From: Laetmonice hystrix
Lineage: Eukaryota
Assembly: GCA_965235115.1 (NCBI GenBank)
Contig: OZ249436.1
Coordinates: 39,496,001-39,560,000, forward strand
Direction of reading: 5' to 3'
Length of the DNA stretch: 64,000 nt
The position numbers and the translations under genes were made by a program. The notes below the pieces were generated by a model that was given only the letters and a program-made list of their open reading frames with translations, was not told where the DNA came from and did not search any database. Positions 24,871-39,124 of the stretch are shown one piece after another. Within the stretch, counting starts at the first letter, position 1. Each line of letters opens with the position of its first letter.

Positions 24871-26791
24871 CTGATGGGCAAACATCCAGCAAACGGGTTA
24901 ACATACATTTGTATTTATTTATTGTATTTATTTCATTTTTAGTAAATTCACCAATTGCAACCATCACCAGGCCCTCAAAAAATGTTAATATTGTTGCAAA
25001 TGATGTCCTATTTGTCCTCCTGACTGAAATGGTGTACACACTGTCTGTCTCGTGGCCGTTCCCCAATCGACTGCGAAGCCAAATTGTTACAGGCAGATAA
25101 ATCAAAGAAGCGAACCACCACAGATGGGTCCGTAAATGAGATTAAAATGGCGTTGTATGCATAATTCAAATACCGTCCCCAGTCCCTCTATGGCTTTTAA
25201 ATCGTATTTCCCGGAAAAAAAAGTGTTTGACCATTATGATTATGTTTCCCCCTCCACCGTTATTAGCCGCTGGAAGTTACAACTAGGCGAGACCGTGTCC
25301 CTTTGCCCTCGGCCAAACCCGCCTCTAATATCTGTCCTTAGTACCCTGCACAGTAACACATGATACCAATAAATTTATCTTGATTTTTGTGAAATTATTT
25401 ACACAAAGAATTACCGAAAATATTTACAATTCACTCTAGGTTAGTAGACTCTGCTTGTGCTTGACAAATTAGTAAAACCACTGATCTAACCTCCGCCTGT
25501 ATTAGCAGTGATTTTGCGAGGTCCGGAAAAGAACCTGTACGTTATCGAAGTCCTGGAATAGAATCTATAATTTCAACTGACCACATCTATAACCAGACCA
25601 GGGCCAAAGAAAAATCTCATTTCTTTCTTCTGAGACCAGAAATGTCACAAACCTTTGACTGAGATCCATAATAAGGTTCCTTAAGCAAGCAATCTTGGCG
25701 TAACACGCAATGACCACTTTACAACTGTCTAATTAAATAAGCCAATTTACCTCTATTATGAGGATAATGAACCTTTTCAGAATAAAGAGCTCTCTCCATG
25801 GAATTCTTCAATCGAAAAGCCGTGAAATAAGATCTCTGAGCCTTGAAACTTTTCATATAGATGACACATAACCTACGGTATCTTGGACGAGGGGAGGTGA
25901 AGAACTCAGTAAACTTTAACCTATCACGTGACTACACTGCTAAAGATGCAGCACTTCAAAACAGGTTTAAAATGCAGTTAGCCGGTCGTGCTGGGCAGCC
26001 CTGGCTTCTAATACCATTACTTCACTTCTTATCAAATCTTCTGGGGGAAATTGACAGGACTAATTAAATTACTCCAGGACTTGCAGGCTGCTGTTCTAGC
26101 ATACCAAACAACATTCATTCTGGTACAGCATGTTAAATGGGTAAAGATAACACAAATAAAATAGAGTTAACATATTTCCATAATCACCATCCTAATCCAC
26201 AGTGACAGCCTAACTTTGTCACAATTTCTCCCTAGTGGGGTACGGTATCCAAACATGTTCCAGGCGCTTAAATATCAGATGATATTTGCCGACTCTTGGA
26301 AGAGAAAATGTCTATGTTTCTTTTATAATGTCAGTACGTATGATAGACGATAATCATATCTTTGAGCTTGTCACGGGAACTGGAAATTGAAATCAATAAT
26401 GTAAATTCGGAGTATCTGGAGATTAAACTGTCCTGTGGTTTGTGATTCAATGCGCATAATTACGCGCTCTACCTGACAGTTGGCTGTGCTGACACGAGAT
26501 GAAGAGATGTTTTATTTACATTGGTTTTCCAAGAAACAGAGCAGTACATGGTCAGGTAGGAAATTGAAACTGAATGCTCATTTCTTCCTGAAACCATCTG
26601 TGGTGTTGTGTGGTGTACAAAGCAGGACTTGTCTTATATTATTTATGTCCCAGTAGACCACTGTGTCAGGAACAATTAGGTGTTAGGCACGGTGTAAATG
26701 AATCTCGATTCCTCTATTGTAATAAAAGAATACAGCATTAGCCTTTAGAAAGACGCCCCACAGACTGGTAGGTGACTCGCTGGACTGTTAA

Positions 26792-27137
26792 GTGAGTGAG
26801 TGAGTAGTTGGTGTTTAACGCCCAGTCAGCAGTATTTCAGCTATTTCAGGGCGAGAACAAGGTAACTAACTCAGTCGGTGAAATCCATTGGGTGATAATG
26901 AGATGATAGAAGGAAACCTGGCATCGGGGCGAACCCCTACTCTTATGGATAGGTGCCAAGGGATCTTTAACGTGCCCCTCCACATAGACGTATCGTGACA
27001 CGGCCGGCCTTTGATAAAGCAGTCGGCAGCACTGCTTATGCAGGAAAGTCCGGCGCGGCCGCGGATCGAACCCAGAACCTTTGGATAAAAGGTCCCGTGC
27101 TCTAACCACTGCGCCACCCCGGTCCCCCCCCCCCCCC
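26792..27137 (-). mobile_element. tRNA-derived SINE, full length
   Basis: A box TGGCGCAGTGG, B box GGTTCGATCC, central CACGTTAAAGATCCCTT (Meta-domain-like), tail GCTGAAATACTGCT...(ACTC)n; 14-bp TSD cgctggactgttaa at 26778-26791 and 27138-27151. Confidence 0.92.
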
Positions 27138-27640
27138 CGCTGGACTGTTAAACGGTCACGGGTCTTCAACCTCAAAAAACCACTTCAATCAACTACCACC
27201 CATATTCCAGCCGTTTAAAAATTTAGATTTAATTTAGAAAAGTGGGCTCAGCAGTCTAGGAGAGTCAAACGAATATTTTGGATATTTTTTCAGGAAGGAA
27301 ACTTGACTCCCTTCAAAACTATTCCTAAACAAATTCGATACTTCCACTTGGGTTCATTTATGGAACTTCAACAGGTATTGAAATTTTTCAAGGATGAACA
27401 AGTACAAGATCTTACAATCTAAAAATGGTGTGCTTTCTGACAGTACGGCACTGTGGTGAGATACTTGTAGATCTATATTCATGCAATATTTTATGAACCA
27501 CGGCCTACCCGACGACTCAGCGCACCCTTTCAAAGGATTACTGCACCCTAAAAGAATAACAATAGTTTCAAGACTTCACCCTTTAAGGTCCGTCCCATTT
27601 CCGAAATGTATTCATCTCTTTTTTTGGCAATATGATCAGG

Positions 27641-27889
27641 TACTCTGCCGTGAAATGACAAAAAGAAGCAACTTTCATCAAAATCGACTTAAGTGTAAAA
27701 TTGGATTCAGGGAAGTAAGTCCTATCTATCAATGGGTGTATTTCTGCTAAACATCCTTCTATAAATCTATCAGTCACATGACAGAAGGAAGCATGCCCAT
27801 CCAACTGCACTGTAGAGACAACTTGTTTATGTCCATTTCTTGAAACTTGAACTTTTGGACTTGCTTCCTTTTGTCATTTCACGGCAGTA
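27641..27889. mobile_element. Small Tc1/mariner-like MITE
   Basis: Inverted ends ctgccgtgaaatgacaaaa.gaagcaa / ttgcttccttttgtcatttcacggcag, flanked by TA. Confidence 0.6.
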
Positions 27890-28150
27890 CTGTCCTGCAC
27901 TGAATGTTCATAAAACAATGCTTTAAGTTGAAACACTCATCAGTTACAGCCTCTGGGCTGAGAGTTCAGTTTCACAAAACCACATAGTACTTCTGTCAGC
28001 AGCTTTCTAACATCTGCCAGTTCATTAGAATCCAAAAGGTCAACTACTCTCATGTCTTGATTACGTCTGCTGTCGTCTGCAAATCAGTTCCTGATTACTA
28101 ATGACACTTCATTGCCCACAGGTGACAATACTGATCAAATATCCACCTAC

Positions 28151-29773
28151 CGTTTAAGTCTGCCTGCAGTCGTTCCATCTCCCGGCGTAAGGCTTCCGTT
28201 TCCTTGCTCACCAGCTCCTTGTTTTCGGCCACTTCCATCTTGATTTGTTCGTAGGAGTCCCTGAGGTGTCTGTCCTCCTGATCGAGGAGGTTCAGTCGAC
28301 AGTGATCTCTCTCTGGACCGAGCAGACCATTGACATCCTTCTTGTCTGACTGGTCGTCACCAGCTTTCTCTCTCAATTCGTTGACAACTTTCAGCGCATG
28401 GTCGCGATCATGCAGTGCCGAGGAAATCTCTTGCCGGAGCGTCTCAACCTCATCACTTATAGACTTCTTCTCCTTCTCGACAGTATCGAGTTTTTTCTGA
28501 GTTTCTGTCAGTTTATCCTGTAGCTGTTCCATTTCTTTATGGACTGAGTCTCTTTCAGACATAATGAGTGAATACTCGTGGACAACTGCATCTCGCTCAC
28601 CTCGCAGTCTACCATTGTCTTTGCTAGCTTTGATTGTATCAGCAACTGCTTGAGCACGACCCTTTTTGTACTCGTCACGCTCCATTCTCAACTTTTGGAG
28701 CTCTTTCTCAATTTTACTCTTTTCACGCAGCACATTGTCCCATTTCATGATGGCTGACGTGCACTGCTGTTGGAGACCATTTCTTTCCATGATGGCAGTG
28801 TTAAGATCTTGGCTGACCTCCTCATATTGCTTACGTAACCGTCCGTTTTCCTCCTGAACTAACTCTAATTTACTTACAGTCACATTATGAGATGCCCGTA
28901 GGTCAGCATAGCGTGTCCGTAAATTATCATACTCTTGTTTTACTGCCTTGTACTTATCCAGGGCAGTGTCATAGAGTTTATTCAGTGCTTCACTTGATCC
29001 ACTTTCACTTATAACTTCTCGCTGTTGTTTGCGTAACTCCTCGATATCAAGTCTATCTTCCTCACGTACTTTTTGTAAATCTAATACTTCTTGGTCCAAT
29101 CTCTGTTTGTCAGCCAAAAGTGCATTATACTGTGCCTTGATACTATGTAACTCACTTGCTGATTGGTCGATTTTATCTTTGGTCAGTTTGTATTTGTTGC
29201 GGAACATGTCGGCCTCCTTGACGGCCTGGTCACATTTTTTAACAGTTTCTCCCTGCTTACGTTTGAGTGACTGAAGCTCATTCTCTGCCCACTCGCACTT
29301 TGCCTTTAACCGTTCGTAATCATGACTGGTGTGAGTCAGGCCGTGTTTTTCAGACGCCAGTTTCATGTCGCCGGCGCTGCAGATGTAGTTGACTCTATCC
29401 ATGGCCCCGCTTCCAAGGCCACTGACACATACACCACTGCTGCCACCTAGGCCGCCATGTTTCACGTCTGTAGCCATGTTTGCGTGTTTGTAGGTGTCTA
29501 TCTTTGTCTGCATTTTTCGTAGTTCATCACGAAGCATGTCGCGGTCGTCACGCAGGCCATCTCTATCCGTTGTGACGAGCTTCAGCTCAGCTTTAAGAAG
29601 AGCCATGTTGTTTTGGAAGAGGTCTGCCTCGTGAACGGACAGCGGGCGTGGAAGATGCGAGGGTGGATGCGAGGGTGGATGTGAGGGTGAATGCAGGTGT
29701 GAATACTGGTGGACTTGTGGATGTGAGTACACACGTAACGCGCCTTGGCTGCTGCCACCTCCAGGGTCATCTT
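28151..29773 (-). CDS. DLG5: DLG5 large coiled-coil exon
   Basis: Matches the 544-aa ORF, heptad-rich, ERDAVVHEYSLIMSERDSVHKEMEQLQD; tgtag acceptor, G/gtaggt donor; 1623 nt, phase 1-1. Confidence 0.92.
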
Positions 29774-32700
29774 CTACAAAACAAACATTGACAAAATGTA
29801 GTCGATGTAACTGGTGCTACCACTCAAGAACATAACCATTTCTGAGCATGAACAGACCTTAAATAAGATTATGGTTTTATGTCCAATAGTTGGATATAAT
29901 ATATTCCAGGGACTCTGAAGGAGTGACGCCCATAGATAGAACAGCCATAGATCTACATTCTGGACTACTGGATTATAATGGATATATCCCATCAGTGAAT
30001 TATAATATGTATGATATGCTATGTCAACCATTATATATATATCATATTCCCTGATTCAAAGAGTTCCATTTTGTTTAAAAAAAAGTTTTTTTGTTCACAG
30101 GAATAAATGATTACAAAGTATTGGCCTAGGTACAAATGAATTATATGAATACTGACCATATTTGGTCACACCCGATTAAATATTTAGTCCCGTCATAAAA
30201 CCAGATTCCTGCTGTGCCATGATCATCGTTTAGTGAGTATCAGTTTCCACGTTTTAAACTGATGCTATTACTTAGTATGTAGGTTGTCCATTGAAGCCCT
30301 TGCCACCCAGGGCATTCTTTACTTTCTACTTCTGATGAAGACAAAAAATTGAAGGCAACAAACGATACTCATTTCTCCTTGTACAAAAGTTCAATTTGTG
30401 ACCACAGCCACTTGTATACCCGAGATGATGAACGGGCCTTTTACAATGCAATGTCAATGCTGCCTACTCAGTGGGTCAGTTTATCAGATTTTCACCTAAA
30501 AAGGAAGGTTCTTTGAACGATATTTCCGATTCCAAGGAGAGTTACATGCATTTTGAAATAGCGAAATCAAGACATGTACTGGAAAGAACCCAAATCCGAC
30601 ATCTCTGAAACAGACTGAACCACAGCAGAACTAGGGCTACTGAACTACTGCTACGTACAAGAAATTCTCAGGGAAAACTCCCATGACAAAACAAAATCAA
30701 TATTTCATTTACCGCCTCCCTGTTTATTTCTATATCTGGAAAAAGACAGCACCCCCGGTCACATTTGGCTGGGACCTGCAATGATTGTCGGGTCCGATAT
30801 TTGGACAGCACCGCCCCCTGATAAAATCTTTCACTGAGACTTATCTCTACAGCGACTACTGCTACCTCGCAATGGTACAGTTTGAGTCCGACTAAAACAG
30901 AATAATTCATTCTCTTAGCAACCTCGGATTCCGAGAGACCTGCAGGAGACATCGATTTTTTCCTCCCTGATCTACGGTGAAACAGGACTTAAAAATCGGA
31001 TATGGCATTTGCTACACTGCTTGTTTCATATCCGACAACGTTTGGTCATCTTTGATGAAAAAAAAATTATATGAGGTTTGATAGAGAGGCACTGACACGT
31101 ACACAGTCAACTCTTTGATTCCGATGCGTACAGTTCTTTGTGATTTGGGCCCGTACACCAGAAATCAATCGTGGTGTTTGAAACGCGAGACCGCCGGTCC
31201 TTTGACTTCATTCCTGGCTCACAGAGAGCAAACTCTATATTCCAGCTCAATATTCTACAAAGATTTCCAGAAGTGAGCTTCCTTCGACTGCCTGGCCAGC
31301 TCTCTCTCACCCCACGACCCCGTGGCGCCCAAGCCAAGAGCGATTCCATCCAATACATGTTTTATAAGCTACAAAGATAAAAAGGACGGGACTTGATTTG
31401 GCACGCCGAGTGCTCACGTTAATAGCCAGTTCAAACACCAGACTGGCTTGACATCCCCATCCCATTAATAGAGTAGACCGGGCCACCTTCATAGACTAAT
31501 CTCCCCCCCCCCCGGTTGGAGGATCACTTTGACCCATCCCCCCTCCACGAGCTCCAGAGAACCTTGGCCCCCTGGCTATCATCTCTGACTGACGTCTTAT
31601 CCCACGTCCTCGTTTTAAACACACTCCTACCCCTGGACTCAGAAATCTAATATAGGACTTTATTGCATCTTCACTCGCTACCTATTTGATGCGTTCGCAT
31701 GTCTCTATCCTTTGATATAAGTAATTTGAGTCTCTCCTGCCTTTTGAGACAGCAATTTCAGTATTGAGGCCAAGGGTCCACTGCATGGTCCAAGGCATTA
31801 GAAAATGAAAATACCTACAGGCCCATTTTTTGGTGTGAAAATTAAATTTGATCATGGCATGATTTATTATTGAGTGGATGGGTGGACACTGATGGCGCTG
31901 AGGTCAGTATTGTCTGATGGGCTGGAAGCGAATTTCCTTGTGGGGTCACTGGCCTTGTAGACTTGGGCTGGATGTGATAAGCACTCCCTTTGAGCACCCG
32001 TTACCTTACCATAGTGGCGAACTGCCCATTAAGGGATGATTCCAGTCTCCAGTTTGGTTAAACTATCGCTGATGACAGCTCTGTCTCGGCTATCTTGTCT
32101 TTTAATAAATATCGGACACCAATTTGGAACCACATCCGTACTGAGAATAATGGGCTACAATTAGATTTCTTTAGATTTTAAAAGTAAATTGTAACTCCAT
32201 TCATATGCCTTTTATTACTTTCACACATGTTTTTAATAGGACATGACAAAAACCTAAGGAACTTCGATATTCACATAGCGCAGGGAAACTACTGCAACAG
32301 AAGCACATTTCTACATGGACCGAAAAAATCGAAACGGTTGTCATCAAAACTGCTTAACCTGGAGCAGGTGTCGTTCATTGTAACAAGGCCGACTTACAAC
32401 ATCCAATATTACAGAAAATATTACAGTATCACGTGACTTTGTGACGTCAGTGCTGCGTACAGCCTATAATCACGGCAGGATCAGCACTGAAGGCTTTGGG
32501 AGTACGCCCGTAATATCACCCTACCAGAGGCGATTCAAACATGCCGCTCCATGTCCCCAACATGCATTACACACCTGCAACACTGTATCTGAATGAGATC
32601 AACTTCCGTTAATGTACTCAGGCTATTGGTTTTCTCCAAACTCGACGGTGATGTATTGCTTCACCATATGGCCTGGCCCTCACATCATGGACATGGATAA

Positions 32701-35700
32701 AGCTGATAAGAGCTCGCTGGCTTCAATTTGCATACCACCCTGATGCCAGGACTAACAATGAGGGAGGCCTGAAGTGGGTCACTATGTGTCGGGTTCACAA
32801 ACACTCAGTTGGTGCAGCCTCCTAAATTTGGTTCAGAATTAACTGATTTTGATTATTTTGTGTTTTCCTATATATATTTTTGTGTTGGTCGACATGACAT
32901 ACGACGAAAAGTCCTGAATTATTCAATGCTCAATTTCCAATTTAGTTTTTTTCCTCACTGTTGTATGTCTCCCTGAAAACTTTGCCAGCGCAGGTGTTTC
33001 TGTATGATTTACCTCTAACATGACACTCTTGAAACATCAACAAACTGTTACATGTATTTAAAAATCCCCAAATATGGGCAAAACTAGGAAATCATGTATT
33101 GTAGACTGTATCCCTTTGGAATCTGCATACGACTGAGCAAATTGTCACTGTAAGCCTGAGTTACATTAAAAATGCAGTAGAACCCCCTTATATCTATCTG
33201 TCTGTGTTACCACTGTCTGACAAACACCGTCAACCTATTATTTATTACACTTTCAGAGTTGTTCATACGAACTTTGACTTTTCCCGTCACACGTTTTACA
33301 CCGAGAGTGGTGTTACTCCGGGAAATGACGTGACGCCATGTCAGACACGTCAGAACGCTGCCACCGGCCACATTTTTACGTTCCTCGTCAGTCTCCACGA
33401 GTCTCAAGTCGCCAATGGCATCTACTCGAGTGGCAGCCAATGTCTCAAACCCAATTATGATAAATCCAAGTGTCATTCAGACATGTCTACAGCGGCACGG
33501 CATAATGTGAAATCTAATTTGTACAACATTCCGCAGATTGCTACAGAAGGCAGCCGAATGGATTCGTCATCGCGATATTACATTAGGGATTCTCTGGGCG
33601 CAATCCTCAACTTCAGAATTTGGAATTACAGTAGATTTTGATGGTTAGAGGCAATCGGGTCGGAGATAAGACTGGTTGTTGGTTAGATAAGACTCTTGGG
33701 GACAATAGTCTTCTTATATAAGCAAGCATTGCTGCACACTGTATGATCACAGATGTGCAAACTTGCCACTACAGTGATGTGATGTCCTGGTTGAAACAGG
33801 CTGCGATACTGGAACAGTATGATACAACCAGCTCATCTCCCAAAGCAACACACTGACATACGGGTATTCTCTCGTTTAGTATGACCTCACAATGGCCAGA
33901 ACAACGTATTTAAACGGTCGGGTACTTCCAATTGGATTCACCAAATGAGTTAATTCAACCCATTACTTCCATCGGAACCACAACGAGTAAAATTGCTGCA
34001 TATTACCTTGATCCGCCCGGAGTCCAGTCCGCCCCGACCTTTACAACGCCTACAAGAAGACATCACTCCCGACTCGGGAATTTTCCACTTTTGTTTGCGG
34101 GTTTTCTGGACCTTTCGGCATGGACCCAAGCAAAGGCCGCGGCACGAACATACAGACATGCACAGCTGAACAGGGCCCAGTTTTAATCGCAGAACTGTCC
34201 CTTTTTGTGCAACACTATTATTTTGTACAACACTATTATAACAAAGATGACGGAGCTCATCATTGCAAACTCATCCACCTGCCAGCATATAACTGCCTCA
34301 TTTGTCTGATCTATAGATGAAGAAAAGAAAGCATAAAAACCTGTCGTGGCGTTCGACCAGAGTCAATCGATCGTTTCACACACAGTGACGGGCATGTCGG
34401 TAATCATGCGTGTCTTGCTGGGTCAGCCATGAAATCTCAGCTCGGTTCAAAATGTCTATGATAATGGCAATCATAGAACCACATCCCTCACTGTCGGCCC
34501 TCACTCCGTGTCAATCAATGACTAACATGGAAGGTTCGCAATAACCGTTACTTCTGTGGGATTTCTTGACAATGGGACAACTCCCACAGACAAAGAAATA
34601 AAAGTGGAATCGCCTCGCTCCGACATAGTATGCTGATTACTAATCATTGAGATAATTATAAGGAGACTTCATTCTGTTGTAATCACACACAAAAACGAGT
34701 TCGTTACGGTTTATACCTGATCCAGGGTAACATTTAACTCACACAGCAATCAGAATAGTCTTTGTCCTTCAAACTGTCCCCTTTGGTTGACAATGTACAA
34801 AATGTACAAAAACCTCCTATGTCGAACAAAATAACAAAATAACACGAAGCACATGTACAGTAAGGAAATACCAATTCTGGACACATCTCCGGGACAGGCA
34901 CCTAACAGCAGTGCACGAACGGAGCCTCTTGGCAGCCATACACACCCCACATCAGTTACAATGGAGTGGTTGAGCTCTCCATCTCGCTGGTTTAATTAGA
35001 GACATGCTTGTATTGTTCGGTGGACTGATGGTCTGGTGGTCCCAAGGTCCGCTCAGCCTCCTAACAGGTAAACGGATCGAGCCAAGCGGGGCGAACGCTT
35101 AGTGACTACAGGTAGATTACCGCGACCTTAGAGTCCTTAGTGTCCTTCAGTTATACCTGGCCCATTACTCCAGATGTATGTCAAATTAGTTTCACTCAAT
35201 TGGAAATAGATGTTGAAGATTGAAATCTGTTCTGTTAATAATAGAAACGGCACATCTTGGAATTCCTTCAGTTGACAATGTTCTTCGAAACGTTTTGATA
35301 AGAAGTGATGCACATAGTAGGCGAAGACAACATTGAGACGAGTAATATCTGAAGACTTGTATTTTACCAACAGCCGCTATTCAAAAGGAAACTGACTTGG
35401 TGCCCTTTATGTGGAAACTACTATCTAAGCCCGTAGATTCAGACAAAAGATTAGCAAAGATAGGACAGCAGATTCATGGCATTCTGTATTCAAAACTCTC
35501 AATCTTAGCCTACTATTTTATAGAACAGTATGCAGTCAACCCCCCAGACTGGGCGGTACGTTCAGTTCTGTTTACTCTCAGTTCTTGCGGTAAATTGATA
35601 CTGACGTAAGACTTTACAAACCAGTATCGCTATTTCAATTAATCTGCTGCGAAAGGCACCAAGAATATTCAGGGAGCCATCCTTTAAATCTGGAAGTGTT

Positions 35701-38700
35701 CCATCTTATTTGATAGTCATATCAATTAGGGTCTAAATACCATCATCATCATACTCAAAAGATGAATATATTCCCATTATTTTTGAAACGACAAACGTAT
35801 TCTTTTGTTTTACGCTGGAAACGTCAACTTATCTATGCATATTATTTTACAGTTCCGAAGAACTTCCACAAAAGGAGCTTTGTGAACAAAACCAGCCTCG
35901 GTTTTGAAAGAAGTGCATGTCTCATTAACGGAGGAGGCGACGTCCAATGTGGGAAACATCCGCCGCCTACCCTGACAGCACCATCTAGATGACAGAATGA
36001 GGCGCACTTTGATATTCGAGTGTCCGCCCTCCATGCCACACCCCAAGCGGGATCTCTATCCTAATGAGGACCACCAAAGATAAAATCAAACATACCGTTA
36101 TGCACAAGGCGCGTGCATGCACACAGTTGACCCCTTTATGATACATGAAGCATATAGTCGAGATCAGCTTTGAATATGTTTAGAAAAATACAGTATGACT
36201 GCCCGACACTGAGTAGAAGTAGCTATTAACCTTATTAAAGGAACATGATAATGAAAGCTAACGATAGCTCACAAACACATCAATCTGTCATGTAGATCTG
36301 TCATGTAGCTGTTTCCCTGTTCAGGCCCAGAAACCTGTATTTATAAAGACTGAATCTCAGCTCCGTTCCCCTTGGATGTCGTCTGGTGTAAATTATACAA
36401 GACCACGACGATCATACACAACTGCCTCGACAACATCCTAATGGAATGACGATGACGTTTTGGTCTTCATGACTTATTCTGACAGAGTATAATCGTGGCT
36501 TTATTTTGGCACACCCCTACAAACCACTGGGTGTACAGGTGCCACGAACGTCTTGTCGGTAGACGAGTGCTACCGGCTGGGAGGGTTCGGTCTCCTGGGG
36601 ATCTAAAACACCTGCTTTACAACTCATTTATTTACACCTTATCCTCAAACCTAACTGTCAGCCTGTCAATATGAGCGGAGCGTGGTTTAAAAAACGACTT
36701 CTATAATAAACGTCTACACCCTTTCTATACCTTCTAAATCATAAGGCAGCATGACTGGCAGCTACGTCCACTGGTAACGGGAAAAATAACGTAAAAAGCT
36801 GCTATTATAAGTGCGTAAGAATGTCTGTAATCGAGCGTTTTGAGATTATCAAGACATTAACATTGGACATTAAGCGTTTCGGAGTGGATAACAGGCTGAA
36901 TTGTTGGCATCTTAGCTTTACTTGCAGGTACCACAGCGAGGCCGCTCTTTGTTAAAACTCTATAATTACAGGGCCTACCCAACGACAATGTCAGACAGCC
37001 GTTACGTATATATGTACGAGGAATACACTGAGGGCGACTGACAAGCCTGTCAATGATTACTATCAGTCTCTAACATTCGATTTGAACGCCTTCGATTACT
37101 TTGTTCTTCTTTCTTCTCCCTAGCACAGATTCTTGTCGACCGTCTCTCCGGGAGAGGCGGTAATTATAGATGTTCTCCCTCCATATTACACTCCAATCTC
37201 TTGACTTTAAAATACTCTTAAAAGTGAATTCAGAATAATATTCTTAAATAAAAACTTCACTATTTAACCTGTCATTTTAATAACATCTTACCTATGGGTC
37301 TTCGATAAACTACTACCGGTACGTGGATTTTCTATTTACATGTGCAAATTAAGGAGACAACGCTTCAAATTGTGTCGCCAATATACTGTACGCCCCTACT
37401 GTACTTCATTCTTCATTCTAGATTTTTGTTTATGTTATGTAAAGTTCAATGATAAATAGATTTCATACACATGCAGGAGACCGCTTAGCTCAACCGTCAT
37501 AAGTCATAAAAGTAATCTCGATGGCATTATAGACGTTACGACAGTTGTTCGGCTATGTCCGTTATATTATTCTGTAAAAATACAGTGAGCCATATCTCCA
37601 TTAATCTTGACCGTTTCTCCTGAGGACATATTCACCTGTTGTCGTCTAGAAACTCAATAAAAAGCTCCAGTAAATGTAAACGGCCGCGCCTCAAGTGGCC
37701 TGAGAGAATTACTGATTGGCATTATGCCTAATCCTGATGCCAGCCTTCCTGCTATCATTTCAGTGGACCAGAATGTCAGCCCCATCATTAGCTGACCGGT
37801 GACAGCCGGGGTAGTGATGGTGGTGGTGGTGGGGGGGGGGGGGGCGGTGGTTGTGTTCCTGTCACCTGGAGACGTCAATATCTCCAGCATGTCTCACATC
37901 AATCGTCAGTAAATAAAAGCCATCACAATTAGTTCGACTTTTTCTTTTCCTGAGAGAGAAGGGAGGCTTTTTGTGATGTTTTATCTTGATGCCCTGATTG
38001 CTGAAAATTCTGATGGTTTCATTTAATTGCTAACGATGTAATTTTACACTTCAATGCAATTTTACACTACGTTGGATGGAAAGCTAAGTATATTTGTTGG
38101 AGAAAATGTTCCAATGTGTTGAACCACCGCTTGACTGAACCAAAAACAACCCCCAAAAAAGACCAAAAAAACTACAGACACACAAAACACAGATATTTGC
38201 TGATGGCTGAATTCGGGAGTGGTGTTCTGAGATGGATGCACTGAAGCCGTCGTTTTGAGCAATTCCAGACTCCACGATGGCCAGGGCAGTAACCACCTCC
38301 TCCCATGCACCCACCTTCCCACTCACCAACCTGCCTGACACTTGATACTCCTATATAGATCTAAGGTGTGATCCAAACTGCATCTCTCCCCACCCCACAC
38401 CCAATCTGGCTGTTTTCATTGCTCTTAGACTTAGATACGTTGGAGAAGCTCCTGAAAGGGGTCTCCGCCCTGACCAGTTTACCGTTCCATCTGGGACTGT
38501 CGTACGCCTGGCCTGGGTTCACCCGCCTGGCTGGACGTTCACTCAATAAGACTCGAAGACCAGGGCCACTTCAGCCGCATATAGAGCACGTAGAGCAAGG
38601 CTACTCCAGCCTCACATAGCGCACAGCTACTCCAAGCTCCCGACTGTAATGCTACTATCTCAACGTCCACTGTTCCCGCACGACTTGGTGCGGCCTTGCT

Positions 38701-38997
38701 CCCCGGCAAAATGACTCGGTAAGGGAGCAATGAAATTATGAATGGCTGGTGCCCACAGAAGAAAATTGTAAAACGTCGTTAGCGTAGTTGCATTCAGTGC
38801 ATTAGTTTCATGGATTTGTCTCCGTCGGACAAAGTATTAATGCCTGATGTCTAGGCCTCTGCGGCTCAAGTTGTAGAAACTAGATTTAGATCCTAACCGG
38901 CTGTCAGCAGCCTTGACTGATATCCTCCACTTAACACGGACTTTAAAAAAAATCAACCCTTCCAGGACGCTATTAACCTACCAATCTTTGCACTCAC

Positions 38998-39124
38998 CTG
39001 GGCTGTTGTCATGGTAACTGTCTCTAATACTATGGAAGCCATTCTTGGCCGTGAGAATTTTGGCTTGCTGAACGAAGAACTTGCTACAGATGATCAAGTG
39101 ATCTTGCCACATCTGCCGATCCAT
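38998..39124 (-). CDS. Candidate alternative first coding exon of DLG5 (MDRQMWQDHL...HDNSP)
   Basis: aagATGG Kozak, upstream in-frame TGA, consensus CAG/gtgagt donor in phase 1 matching the 29773 acceptor. Confidence 0.55.

Noticed and set aside
27050..27121. tRNA gene
   Set aside because: It is the SINE head, continuous with the SINE body, tail and TSDs.
27930..27960. CTGATGA hammerhead core
   Set aside because: No stem II or GAAA partner at the required spacing.
32008..32029. ATG GGC AGT... first exon with gtaagg donor
   Set aside because: Phase 2; it cannot join the phase-1 DLG5 acceptor.
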